DNA from: an uncultured Enterobacterales bacterium
GTDB lineage: Bacteria > Myxococcota_A > UBA796 > CAJQPC01
Assembly (NCBI GenBank): GCA_964604165.1
Contig: CAZRYF010000001.1
Coordinates: forward strand, 55,481-119,480
Direction of reading: 5' to 3'
Length of the DNA: 64,000 bases
Numbering within the stretch: position 1 is the stretch's first letter; each line of letters starts with the position of its first letter. This document shows positions 51,930-62,141 of this stretch, in pieces. The notes below the pieces were generated by a model. It was not told the DNA's origin. It did no database searches and saw nothing but the letters and a program-made list of their open reading frames with translations. A program made the translations under genes and the position numbers.

Positions 51930-54748
51930 CGCTGCCTCCGAAAGCCGATGGCGGCTCCCGTTGTGCGCAAGGCCTGGATATCACCGGCCCGGTCCGCTAC
52001 CTCTCCGTTGTAACGGGAAAGAGGCACCACCATGAGTGTGCCCCGCCGAGATGCCTTCAAGTACGGCACGTCGTCCCCGTCCACGATGACTTCCAGAGAG
52101 ACGCCAGCCTGGATTGCCTGTCGCTGCAGTCGCTCCAGCTCCCCAGGATGGGTGGTGCGTCCGTAGCGGGCGAGGTTCTCCAAAACCCGTCCGTACAGGG
52201 CCCGCACATCCTCGGGCGAGATCGGTTCATGGGCCAGGAGCGTCTCCAGCGACTCATCCCGAACAGGTAGACCCACGGCTTGAAGGGCGGACCTGAGGGA
52301 GCTGGAGTCGGCGAGGGCTGGGAAGCGAAGGCGGTAAAGGGGAGAGAGCCACACCGAGAGAAACCGGCCCTGGGCCAACTCCACCATGTCGCGCCGGGCA
52401 TTGGACGGGTCGTGGAACCGAAATTGAGTGGCTTCGCCTGTGTACGCCAGCGTGGTGCCGCCGGCCCTTTCTACCAGGCGCTGGGTGGCCTCCAACTCCG
52501 CCGGCACCTTCTCGGTGGGGAGGAGCGGTCGGCCCAGGGAAACGATGGCGTCAGCGCCGGGATTCTCGTCCTGGCGGAAGCCTGCCACGGAGACCACGCT
52601 GACGTCTTCGGTCTCCAGGGCAAGGCGCCGAAGGACCGTCCCCTCCCCGGATTGAAAGCCGGCGCGATCCAGCGCCCGGGCGTCTCGGTCTGCGTTGGCG
52701 TCATGCACCACCAGGGCGCTTCCCTGCATTGCAGCCCACCAGCTTCGGGCCACCAACGCTGTCCCGGCCTGCCTTCCCCCTGCGGGGGCCTCGAAGATCC
52801 AGGGGCTGTGGGTGCGGCGCAGCCAAAGAGTCCACCGGGGGGATTGGCGGCCAGGTCCCGGGCCCAGGGAGAGCGTGTCCTCATCTGCGGCAACGGTGAG
52901 CTTCAAGTCTGCTGCATGTGCCGCCGCAAGATTGGCCCACCTGGGATCCCCGGTTCGGGCCAGGAGAAGTGGCTGAACTACGCCCCGATCGAGGGTGGCG
53001 AGCTCCTGGGCTGTTGGGAGTAGGGGGGCGGTGGCCAGGTGGTTGCCCAACAAGGGGACGCGCCCAGAATTCACGGTTCCTGCAAAGCGCAACAATGCAG
53101 CGCTCAACCGATCGGACTCGCTCATGGACAGGGTGATCGTCCGTGGATCCGTAGCATTCCACTGGGTGGTCAGGGAGCCCAAGACCCGCTGGAGAACGTC
53201 CAGTTGGAGCCCCTCTGGCAAGGATCCAGCGGCTTGCAGGGAGGTCTCCACGCTTGTTTGGAGGAGTAGGAGGTGGTCCGCCTCTTCCCTCGCAAGGCCA
53301 AGCAGGAGGGGCGCAGGAGAGAGAGCCAAGGCCTGGGCGTCGAGGAGCTCCGCCAGGACAATGGCCGCCTCGGTCATGGCGGGGACGCTGTGGGCTTGAG
53401 GGGCCACAATCCAAAGGCCGGTGGAGGACTGTGGACGAAACCAGAGGCGCCCGAGTCCGGTGTCCTCTTCGCCCTGAAGAACCCAACCGTCCGTGTGGTT
53501 GTCCACGCGGAGGCCCGGGACCTGGCTGGGCCAGCCCTGCTGGGCTGCATCCCACGAGGATCGCAAGGTTGCTTCATCGGGCTCCCGGCCGGCCAGATGA
53601 GGCAAGACGCCCCTGGCCATCGCCTGCCAGGCCGGAATCTGAGGGGGAGGCGCCAGCGCGGCGGGGGTGTCCGCTGCCAGCGGTCGGACCTCCTCCAAGG
53701 CCATTCCCACACCGGTGCCCAGGACAAATCCCCCAAGGGACGCAAGTGTGGTGGGCAGAAGCACCCGCATCAGCTGGCCCTGTCGCCAGCAACGCACGAC
53801 CACAAGCGACGGCAGGAGGTACCCAAAACCAAAAAGGTCAGTGGCCCGCAGCCCGGGGGCGCTCTCGCCTAGCCAGACTGCGAGACCCATTTTCAAGAGG
53901 TAGGAAACGGAAAAGGCCAACACCAGCGGCCGAAGTCCTGACAGGTTCACCCGGGAAAAAGGGGGAATGCGAGTCAGGACCCTCAGGATCCAGACGGTGA
54001 CCAGCACTTCGGCCAGGGTGGCCAGCAGCTGCTCTGGGTGAATCCAGGCAATGGCCAAAAGTCCGGGAACGAGGACCCCACCAAACTCCCAGCCGAACCG
54101 CAGGTTGAGCCGCATGGCGAGCAGAGTGCTCACCAGGAGAAGGATGTAGGCCCGGGGCACAGAGACAAAATCGTGTGCCAGGTTTTCATAGGTAAAGGCG
54201 AAGTGGGACAGGTTCAGGTTTGTGTAGGGGAGCAGCACACCATCCAGCAGCCAGTAGACGGCCAGCACGGGAAGTCCTACCAGAGGCACCCCCCGCAGTA
54301 GCCCCGGCATCCAAAGGGCGTTGGCGGCAAGTGGAACCAGAACCAGGCCCATGGAATGGAAGGGGCCCTGGACATCCCATCCCATGGAAACCGCAAAGTC
54401 CTCACCCCAGCCGGCCTCCACGGCGAGGCGCACGAAGACGCTGCACAGGAGAATCAGGAAGAACCGGTCTCTGCCAAAGGGCCGACTGATGGGGAACACC
54501 TTGGGCAGGCCGCGACCCAGGGCCATCGCGAGGGCCCAGGTGAGTACAGCTTCCACGGCGATGACCGCCGCCGCTGCGGGCTGGATGACCAGCACACCCG
54601 CCAGGTATCCAGGCACAACCAGTCCGGACTGGGGCCAGCCGTAGAGCTCTCCCAGCAAGAAAAGCAACAAGACACCCAGCAGAACCGCTGTGAAGAGGCT
54701 GCTGTCTACGTAGGTGTTTGGAACAAGGGGAAGGAGAGCGGAGGGCAC
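51926..54748 (-). CDS. Tandem PgsC/CapC-like membrane modules fused to a roughly 600-aa C-terminal region holding two degenerate copies of the 48676-49533 amidohydrolase-like fold
   Basis: GLVVPGYL (54602-54625), GRDRFFLILLCSVFVRL and MGLVLVPLAANAL match PgsC blocks. A second module repeats them (GGVLVPGLLAIAW, LRPLVLAFSVSYLLKM, FGYLLPSLVVVRCWRQG). GTG start at 54748 has no clear SD. Confidence 0.7.
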   Translation of the reverse strand: MPSALLPLVPNTYVDSSLFTAVLLGVLLLFLLGELYGWPQSGLVVPGYLAGVLVIQPAAAAVIAVEAVLTWALAMALGRGLPKVFPISRPFGRDRFFLILLCSVFVRLAVEAGWGEDFAVSMGWDVQGPFHSMGLVLVPLAANALWMPGLLRGVPLVGLPVLAVYWLLDGVLLPYTNLNLSHFAFTYENLAHDFVSVPRAYILLLVSTLLAMRLNLRFGWEFGGVLVPGLLAIAWIHPEQLLATLAEVLVTVWILRVLTRIPPFSRVNLSGLRPLVLAFSVSYLLKMGLAVWLGESAPGLRATDLFGFGYLLPSLVVVRCWRQGQLMRVLLPTTLASLGGFVLGTGVGMALEEVRPLAADTPAALAPPPQIPAWQAMARGVLPHLAGREPDEATLRSSWDAAQQGWPSQVPGLRVDNHTDGWVLQGEEDTGLGRLWFRPQSSTGLWIVAPQAHSVPAMTEAAIVLAELLDAQALALSPAPLLLGLAREEADHLLLLQTSVETSLQAAGSLPEGLQLDVLQRVLGSLTTQWNATDPRTITLSMSESDRLSAALLRFAGTVNSGRVPLLGNHLATAPLLPTAQELATLDRGVVQPLLLARTGDPRWANLAAAHAADLKLTVAADEDTLSLGPGPGRQSPRWTLWLRRTHSPWIFEAPAGGRQAGTALVARSWWAAMQGSALVVHDANADRDARALDRAGFQSGEGTVLRRLALETEDVSVVSVAGFRQDENPGADAIVSLGRPLLPTEKVPAELEATQRLVERAGGTTLAYTGEATQFRFHDPSNARRDMVELAQGRFLSVWLSPLYRLRFPALADSSSLRSALQAVGLPVRDESLETLLAHEPISPEDVRALYGRVLENLARYGRTTHPGELERLQRQAIQAGVSLEVIVDGDDVPYLKASRRGTLMVVPLSRYNGEVADRAGDIQALRTTGAAIGFRRQR

Positions 54749-54823
54749 GAGGAGAAGGACTGCTCAAAGGGGGGGCTGGTTCTGCGGACCCCCTCAGGAA
54801 GGGGATGCCTCGTATCGATTCAG

Positions 54824-56023
54824 CTAACCTGCTTTTCCCAGCAGATCCGCTGCCGTCCAGAGTACGGCTTGAGGGTCGGTGTCTCCGCAGTCCCCCGGCT
54901 GCAGCAACAGCGCCCGCCGGACCCCGTTCGGGCGCCGGAAGGGTGCGGCCAGAAAGGCGTGGTCCACGCCGGAAGGGACGGAGTGGTCTGCAAGTCGGGA
55001 CATCACGTCTACGGGCAACGGCCCTGTGTCCCCGGCCTGGGCGAGGGGAATCCAGGTGCCGTTGCGTTCCTCCGCAATCCAGCAAGCCAGTCCCCCTGCT
55101 CGGGCCAGGACCACCTCGCAGGCGCCCTGCCAGGGATCGGGCTCCAGGCGTTCACGGAGGTTTGGCCGAACGATCGCGGCGATAACAGCTCCCCCCCACA
55201 AGGCCCACAGCCCGGAATCCACAGGGATCGGACGGCCAAACCCCTCCAGGAAAAGTGCCAGGGCTCCGAGAATGCCAGTGGCGCCGCAGCACCACCTTGT
55301 GATGCTGCGGCCTGGGCTCTCCAAGAGACGGGCCCAGAAAATCCCCAAAACACCAAAGATTGCCAGAAGGGTGGTTGGGTGCCACCCTGGGTGAAGGCGT
55401 CCGGAGAGGCAGCGGGCAATGATCTCCGGCAGGGGAACAAGGCCAGCGGGGGTTGCAAGGGTCGTGGTGCCCCAGGGCGCCGCGCCACTCACGAGAACCA
55501 TCTTCCCCGCGAGAGCTTCCTGGTCCAGTGCTTGAAGTTGGACTGCATTCAGGGTGGGGACGGGGCCGGTCACGCGGGGAATGAGACCCTCGATAGGAGG
55601 AAAGTCCTCTCCGCGGGCTGCCAGGAGCCGGCCAATGAACGTGGCGCCGTGTTGGGAACGAGTTCGCGCCCGCCGATGAATCCCGTCCTGGTCTGCAGGC
55701 AGGCCCGCCTCCTCCATCCAGTGGACTTGGGAAGAAAACTGAATGGACTCCACGGACCCAGGCAGGTCCGGCCCCACCACCCCGACGGTGCGGGCTCCCT
55801 TCTCCTTTGCCAGCTGAACAGCGGCTTGCCAGGCCCGAAGGGGAGCACGGCTGGCGACGGTCACCCGGAGCACGGAGTCCCCAGGCGAGGTTGCATGGAG
55901 GGCAGCCATCCGATCCCCAAGGGGTTGAAATCCCTGGAAGCCCAACACAGCCATCCCCACGCTCCAAAGAGGGATCAGGAGCGCCAACAAGGCGCTGTGA
56001 GAGAGTCGGGGGATCGGGTTCAT
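54824..56023 (-). CDS. CHASE2-like membrane sensor protein without a recognisable output domain
   Basis: N-terminal TM, about 200-aa extracytoplasmic region with CHASE2-like blocks (GKMVLVSGAAPWGTTTLATPAGLVPLPEIIA), three TM helices, then a roughly 90-aa unassigned tail. Confidence 0.5.
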   Translation of the reverse strand: MNPIPRLSHSALLALLIPLWSVGMAVLGFQGFQPLGDRMAALHATSPGDSVLRVTVASRAPLRAWQAAVQLAKEKGARTVGVVGPDLPGSVESIQFSSQVHWMEEAGLPADQDGIHRRARTRSQHGATFIGRLLAARGEDFPPIEGLIPRVTGPVPTLNAVQLQALDQEALAGKMVLVSGAAPWGTTTLATPAGLVPLPEIIARCLSGRLHPGWHPTTLLAIFGVLGIFWARLLESPGRSITRWCCGATGILGALALFLEGFGRPIPVDSGLWALWGGAVIAAIVRPNLRERLEPDPWQGACEVVLARAGGLACWIAEERNGTWIPLAQAGDTGPLPVDVMSRLADHSVPSGVDHAFLAAPFRRPNGVRRALLLQPGDCGDTDPQAVLWTAADLLGKAG

Positions 56024-56096
56024 GGGGGAGATTCCGGCAAGCAGGGGTTAACAGGCGATGGAGTCGCCGGGGAATCGCCCGGTTCCAGGAGAAACC

Positions 56097-56972
<876 letters not shown>

Positions 56973-56981
56973 CTCACCCTC

Positions 56982-58745
56982 GTGCGGGATTGGCTTGAAC
57001 AGAAGGCCCGGCAGGGCCAGCACCTGGAGCAGTGGCTCGGGCGCCGCTCGTTGCTGGTGGTTCTTGTCGTGCTCGGGGTCGCGCTCGGCTTTCGGTACTA
57101 CCTGGGAGGCCATCTGGACCTGCGGGGAGCGCCTGGTGCGGGCGCGATCCAGCGGTTGGCACTGGTGTCCGTGGGGGATGTGAGCCACTGGGATTCTCGA
57201 CTTGTGGGCTTGCTTCTTCCCCTTGTGGACGGAGATGTTCTGTCTGCAGGTCGCCTGGCAGGGGCGCTAGGCGGTGCCTTGGGGGCGTTGGGGGCCCTGC
57301 TCTGCGCTTGGGCGGTGGGAGGCCCCATCGCTGGCCTCGCGGCAGGACTCTTGGCGGCCGTTTGGGCCCGCGGCGTCTTCATTACCTTGACCTATGGGAT
57401 GGAAGGACCCGCCTGGGGTATCGCCTGGCTTGGGGTGGGCCTGGTGTGGATGGGCGCAGTCACCCGTCGTTGGTGGGGCCTTGTGGGAGTGGTCTCCGGC
57501 GCCGCATTGACCATGTTGGGTGCCGCGGTCAAGGGGACGGCGCTTCCGGCCATGGGCTACCTGGTCGTGGCTCCCTTTCTCGTTCGCAAGAGTCGCAGGG
57601 CGGCGGCAGCTGTGGCCGGGGCCCTGTTGGCCACCACCTGGTGGTGCCGGAACCAGTTCTTCGCGGATTCTGTGCCTCCACTGCCCAGTGGAAGTCTGGA
57701 AATAGGCGTCGCTGCGGCAGTGGAAGGCTTGCAGTCGCTCGCGGATCAGCCTGATTCAAAGCCCCTCGGGTGGTTGCCGGAGCTTGGGGCTGTGTCGTTG
57801 CTGGGAGCGTTGCTGCCCGGGGCGGGTTGGTGGCGGCGGGTCCTTGTAGGCGGTGGATCTGCGGTCGTGGTGGGGCTCACAGTCAACCACCTGCTCACGG
57901 GAGATCACCTGGGCCCTATGCTTCGCATGCGGTACCTCGTTCCTCCTATCCTGGGGCCCCTGGTCTTGTTCGGTTGCGCCGTAGGGTGGGGTGTACGCCG
58001 TTGGGGGACGGTCGTGGACACGCTCCTCTTTCGGCGGAAGCCTGAGCTCCACTCGCCGGTGGGCTGGCTGGCGGCCGCGCTCCATGGGGTGGGTCTCCTG
58101 GGAGCGCTCTTGCCGGCCTGGGTCGGCGCCTTGGACGCCATGGCGCTGTGCCGCGCCTGGGGGAACCAGCGGTCCGTTCTGGAGGGTGCCAGGCCTTCCA
58201 CCATCCCGGTGGCGCCCCGGATCTGGACTGACCGATACGCTCACCTGGGATCCGGGTCCTTCTTCAACACCTCTGCCATTGGCGGAATCGACCTGTTTGA
58301 GCTGGCGAAGGACGGCCCGGATGCGGGCGTGGCCACGGTTCCGCTCCGGGATGAGCGAGAGGGCCACTTGACTCTGTCCGCCAACCTGCAGCGGATTCCC
58401 AGCTGGGTTCTCCACCCACGGCACTGCTGCGACCAGGAGGTCGCCACAGCGACTTGTGCCGCCCAGGTGGTGGCGGACATCGATGCAGGTGGGGTGCTGC
58501 TGGTGTTGCCACAGCTGGGTGCTGACCCCCGGGGGCGGGTGGATGGTCGGCTACTCCCTTGGACGCGCTGGCTCTTTGCAGCCGCCGAGTCCCGGGGCGC
58601 TGTGGAGTCGAGCTCCGCTTGGTGGGCCACCTTTCAGGGCCGGGGAGAGTCGCCTCCAACGGTCTGCGGTTGGACCGGCGATCAACGATTCAGCGGCCGC
58701 CGCCGAGGGGGGCCAGGCCCCGAGAGAAGTCCGGGACCGGGTTGA
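56982..58745 (+). CDS. Polytopic membrane protein, unknown function (possibly GT-C/ArnT-like)
   Basis: 587 aa. About 10 hydrophobic helices in the first 350 aa, then a soluble C-terminal domain. No diagnostic motif confirmed. Confidence 0.5.
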   Translation: MRDWLEQKARQGQHLEQWLGRRSLLVVLVVLGVALGFRYYLGGHLDLRGAPGAGAIQRLALVSVGDVSHWDSRLVGLLLPLVDGDVLSAGRLAGALGGALGALGALLCAWAVGGPIAGLAAGLLAAVWARGVFITLTYGMEGPAWGIAWLGVGLVWMGAVTRRWWGLVGVVSGAALTMLGAAVKGTALPAMGYLVVAPFLVRKSRRAAAAVAGALLATTWWCRNQFFADSVPPLPSGSLEIGVAAAVEGLQSLADQPDSKPLGWLPELGAVSLLGALLPGAGWWRRVLVGGGSAVVVGLTVNHLLTGDHLGPMLRMRYLVPPILGPLVLFGCAVGWGVRRWGTVVDTLLFRRKPELHSPVGWLAAALHGVGLLGALLPAWVGALDAMALCRAWGNQRSVLEGARPSTIPVAPRIWTDRYAHLGSGSFFNTSAIGGIDLFELAKDGPDAGVATVPLRDEREGHLTLSANLQRIPSWVLHPRHCCDQEVATATCAAQVVADIDAGGVLLVLPQLGADPRGRVDGRLLPWTRWLFAAAESRGAVESSSAWWATFQGRGESPPTVCGWTGDQRFSGRRRGGPGPERSPGPG

Positions 58746-58755
58746 GCGGACAGGG

Positions 58756-58838
58756 TAGGGGCGGAGGGACTCGAACCCTCAAGGCCATAAGCCACTCGAT
58801 TTTGAGCCGAGCGCGTATACCAATTCCGCCACACCCCC
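58756..58838 (-). tRNA. tRNA-Leu (anticodon CAA), class II with a long variable arm
   Basis: Folded by hand. Acceptor GGGGGTG/CGCCCCT, D-arm UGGCGGAAUUGGUAUACGCGC (nearly identical to E. coli tRNA-Leu), anticodon stem CTCGG/TCGAG with loop CTCAAAA, T-arm GAGGG-TTCGAGT-CCCTC, discriminator A. CCA is not fully encoded (followed by CCC). Confidence 0.9.
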
Positions 58839-59011
58839 GCCTGTCCGACAACGAGCACGGCTCCTTCACACGATGGGTTCTGGGCGGCAAGCGGATCGTC
58901 ACGAGCCTGTCACGAGGCGGGCTCGACGGCTGCATTGGGCGCCCATAGATCATCCTTGTCTACCGGCCGCAGTGTGTGGGTACGGAGACATCTTTTTGGA
59001 GGGCAGGCGGT

Positions 59012-59260
59012 TTGAAGGCGCATGTATACGTGACGTTGCGGGACGGTGTGCTGGATCCTGCCGGCAAGGCGGTGCTCGGGGGTCTGCACTCTATGGACTA
59101 TGGCGAGGTGGCCTCTGTTCGCCTCGGGCGGTTCATTGAGGTGGAGCTCTCCGACACCCTCGATTCTGACGCCGCCAAAGTGCGGCTCGGGGAGATGTGT
59201 GAGCGGCTCTTGGCCAACACCGTCATCGAGCAATACCGCATCGAACTGGTAGAGGAATAG
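59012..59260 (+). CDS. purS: Phosphoribosylformylglycinamidine synthase subunit PurS
   Basis: (M)[20 protein letters not shown]...[10 protein letters not shown] is typical PurS. The TTG at 59012, preceded by GGAGGG, gives the expected size of about 82 aa. The ORF-track GTG at 58976 is an alternative. Confidence 0.8.
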   Translation: MKAHVYVTLRDGVLDPAGKAVLGGLHSMDYGEVASVRLGRFIEVELSDTLDSDAAKVRLGEMCERLLANTVIEQYRIELVEE

Positions 59261-59265
59261 ACCCC

Positions 59266-59961
59266 GTGGCTCTTCGCGCCGGGGTGGTGACCTTTCCGGG
59301 TAGCAACTGTGATGCGGACCTTCGGCATGCGGTGGGCTGCGTGGAGGGGCTGGAGGCGGTAGCGCTCTGGCACAAGGATCGGGACATCCAGGAGGTGGAT
59401 GCCATCTTGCTCCCGGGCGGGTTTTCCTACGGGGACTACCTGAGGTGCGGGGCAATTGCCCGCTTCAGTCCGATCATGGAGGAGGTGGTGGCCTTTGCCC
59501 GGCGGGGAGGTCCAGTGTTGGGCATTTGCAACGGATTTCAGATTCTGGCGGAGGCCGGACTTGTTCCGGGCGCCCTGCTTCAAAACGCTGGGCAGAAATT
59601 TCTGTGCCAAGACGTCACGCTTCGCCCCGAGGGCCGGGAGACGCCGTTTACCAGGGGCCTGCCCACCTCCATGCGCGTCCCCATCGCCCACAATGAGGGC
59701 AACTGGGTGGCGGACGATGAGACTCTCGCCCGGGTGGAGGGGGAGGGCCAGGTGACCTTTCGCTATGTCTCCGAGGGGGGAGAACGGGTGAACGGGATTG
59801 CCCCAAATGGCGCCATGAACGACGTGGCAGGGGTGTGCAACGCGGCGGGCAATGTGCTGGGAATGATGCCGCACCCGGAGCGCGTGGTGGAGAACGTCGT
59901 GGGCGGTGAGGACGGCCTCGGTATGTTTCAATCCCTCTTCCGTTTTCTGGAGTCAAGATGA
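59266..59961 (+). CDS. purQ: Phosphoribosylformylglycinamidine synthase, glutamine amidotransferase subunit PurQ
   Basis: [10 protein letters not shown]..., catalytic GICNGFQ, MPHPER. Confidence 0.9.
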   Translation: MALRAGVVTFPGSNCDADLRHAVGCVEGLEAVALWHKDRDIQEVDAILLPGGFSYGDYLRCGAIARFSPIMEEVVAFARRGGPVLGICNGFQILAEAGLVPGALLQNAGQKFLCQDVTLRPEGRETPFTRGLPTSMRVPIAHNEGNWVADDETLARVEGEGQVTFRYVSEGGERVNGIAPNGAMNDVAGVCNAAGNVLGMMPHPERVVENVVGGEDGLGMFQSLFRFLESR

Positions 59962-62141
59962 TCACCCCGGAGCTGGTGGCAGAGCACGGCCTGAGCACAG
60001 AGGAGTACGAGAGGCTTCTCGCGGATCTGGGGCGCGTGCCAACCCTGCCCGAGCTGGGGGTGTACTCGGTGATGTACTCGGAGCACTGCTCCTACAAGAG
60101 CTCGCGGGTTCATCTGGCCAAGCTGCCGACCACGGGGCCGCGGGTCTTGATTGGTCCAGGGGAAAATGCTGGCGCGGTGGACTTGGGGGACGGGCTCGCT
60201 GCGGTCTTCAAGATGGAGTCTCACAACCACCCCTCTTACATCGAGCCCTACCAGGGCGCCGCTACGGGAGTGGGGGGCATTCTGCGGGACGTGTTCACCA
60301 TGGGCGCTCGTCCAGTCGCAAACCTGAACTCCCTGCGCTTTGGTCGGCCAGCCCACCCAAAGACTCCTCATCTCGTGCACGGCGTGGTGGCGGGCATCGG
60401 TGGTTACGGCAACTGCATGGGTATTCCCACAGTGGGAGGCGAGCTTCGGTTTCACGCCTCTTACGACGGAAACTGCCTCGTGAATGCGTTTACCTGTGGT
60501 GTGGTGGACTCGGAGCGAATCTTTCTGGGCACGGCGGCGGGGGTGGGGAATCCCATTTTCTATGTGGGGGCTCGAACCGGCCGAGATGGCATTCACGGGG
60601 CCACCATGGCTTCCGAAGAGTTTGGAGAGGGAAGTGAGGAGAAGCGCCCCACGGTGCAAGTGGGCGATCCCTTCTACGAGAAGCTCTTGTTGGAGGCCTG
60701 TCTGGAGCTCATGGAAGGAGACTGCATCGTTGGGATTCAGGACATGGGCGCAGCGGGCCTGACGAGCTCATCGGTTGAGATGGCGGGCCGAGGAGGCGCT
60801 GGCATCCGCATGGACCTGGACAAGGTACCCATGCGCGAACCCGACATGACGCCCTATGAGATTCTTCTCTCCGAGTCCCAGGAACGCATGTTGGTGGTGA
60901 TTCGGCAGGGTGCCGAGGAGGCTGTCTACCGAATCTTCAAAAAGTGGGACCTGGCCGTGGCGGAGATTGGAAGGGTCACGGACGACGGCATGTGGCGGTG
61001 CACGTGGCACGGCGAGGAGGTCTGTGCCATTCCCGTGCCCGCACTGACGGATGCGGCTCCCAAGTATGATCGACCCCAGGAGGTTCCATCCTGGCAGCAT
61101 GAGGTGCAGACCCTTGGGCTTCCCGGGGACGTGGAGGATCCGGCGGAGGTTCTCTTGCGCCTGGTGGGACATCCCGATGTGTGCGATCGAACGTGGATCT
61201 ACAGACAATATGACCACCAGGTGGGCGTGGACACGGTTGTGAAGCCCGGGGCAGATGCTGCCTTGGTGCGCATCAAGGGGACCGATAAACACCTGGCATT
61301 TGCCACGGATTGTAACGGTCGACATGTGTACCTGGATCCTCATAGGGGAGCGGCGGGGCAGGTCGTGGAGTGTGCCCGCAACCTCGCCTGCGTGGGCGCG
61401 GAGCCCTTGGGGCTCACGGACTGTCTGAATTTTGGCAACCCGGAGCGGCCCGAGATTATGTGGCAATTTGCCCGCGCCGTGGAAGGCCTCGCAGAGGCAT
61501 GCCGCGCCATGGACGTGCCCGTGGTTTCTGGAAACGTGAGCCTCTACAACGAGACAGAGGGCACCGCGATTCTTCCGACCCCGGCAGTGGCGATGGTCGG
61601 CCTGCTGGAAGGGCCGAGCCCGGTGCTCTCCAATTCATTCCGAGAGGGCCAGGCCATTGCGCTCCTTGGGGGGGCCACCTCTCACCTGGGAGGAAGCCTC
61701 TACCTCTACGCAGAGCACAGCCTGGAGCGGGGGATGCCACCTGCGGTGGATTACGTCGCCGAGCGAGCCTTGCACGACACTGTACGCGAGCTGGTACGCT
61801 CCGGTAGCGTGCAGATGGCCCACGACCTCTCCGATGGGGGGTTGGCGGTTGCACTGGCGGAGGGGTGTGTCTCCGGTGTGGGCTGCGATGTGGTCTTGCC
61901 TGGAGAAGGGCGCCGGGACGGGCGGCTTTTCGGAGAGGACCACGGCCGGATTCTCGTGGCCTTCGCACCCGAGGCCCTGGACCGGGTGGAGGCCATTTGT
62001 ACAGGCCGTACCCAATTCCTTCCCCTGGGCCGGGCGGGGGGAGATCGCCTGCGAATCCTGGATGGGGCGGCGCCGATTGTGGATGTTTCGGTAAAGAAGG
62101 TGGCGAGTCGCTGGACGAGCACGCTACCGGAGATGTTGTGA
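59958..62141 (+). CDS. purL: Phosphoribosylformylglycinamidine synthase subunit PurL (FGAM synthase II)
   Basis: 727 aa. [23 protein letters not shown] motifs. ATGA overlap with purQ. Confidence 0.9.
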   Translation: MITPELVAEHGLSTEEYERLLADLGRVPTLPELGVYSVMYSEHCSYKSSRVHLAKLPTTGPRVLIGPGENAGAVDLGDGLAAVFKMESHNHPSYIEPYQGAATGVGGILRDVFTMGARPVANLNSLRFGRPAHPKTPHLVHGVVAGIGGYGNCMGIPTVGGELRFHASYDGNCLVNAFTCGVVDSERIFLGTAAGVGNPIFYVGARTGRDGIHGATMASEEFGEGSEEKRPTVQVGDPFYEKLLLEACLELMEGDCIVGIQDMGAAGLTSSSVEMAGRGGAGIRMDLDKVPMREPDMTPYEILLSESQERMLVVIRQGAEEAVYRIFKKWDLAVAEIGRVTDDGMWRCTWHGEEVCAIPVPALTDAAPKYDRPQEVPSWQHEVQTLGLPGDVEDPAEVLLRLVGHPDVCDRTWIYRQYDHQVGVDTVVKPGADAALVRIKGTDKHLAFATDCNGRHVYLDPHRGAAGQVVECARNLACVGAEPLGLTDCLNFGNPERPEIMWQFARAVEGLAEACRAMDVPVVSGNVSLYNETEGTAILPTPAVAMVGLLEGPSPVLSNSFREGQAIALLGGATSHLGGSLYLYAEHSLERGMPPAVDYVAERALHDTVRELVRSGSVQMAHDLSDGGLAVALAEGCVSGVGCDVVLPGEGRRDGRLFGEDHGRILVAFAPEALDRVEAICTGRTQFLPLGRAGGDRLRILDGAAPIVDVSVKKVASRWTSTLPEML

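Noticed and set aside
58847-59011. Possible ZTP (pfl) or purine riboswitch upstream of purS.
   Set aside because: I could not find the conserved ZTP pseudoknot sequences (GGGUCGUGAC...CCGGGCGGA...CCGCCUGGGC) or a purine-riboswitch three-way junction by eye. A covariance-model scan would be needed to exclude one fully.
59924-59934. TGTTTCAATCC 11-mer identical to the putative UAS half-site at 13841.
   Set aside because: It is inside purQ coding sequence (GMFQSL) with no sigma-54 promoter nearby, so it is most likely chance. I record it because it weakens the statistical argument for the UAS motif.
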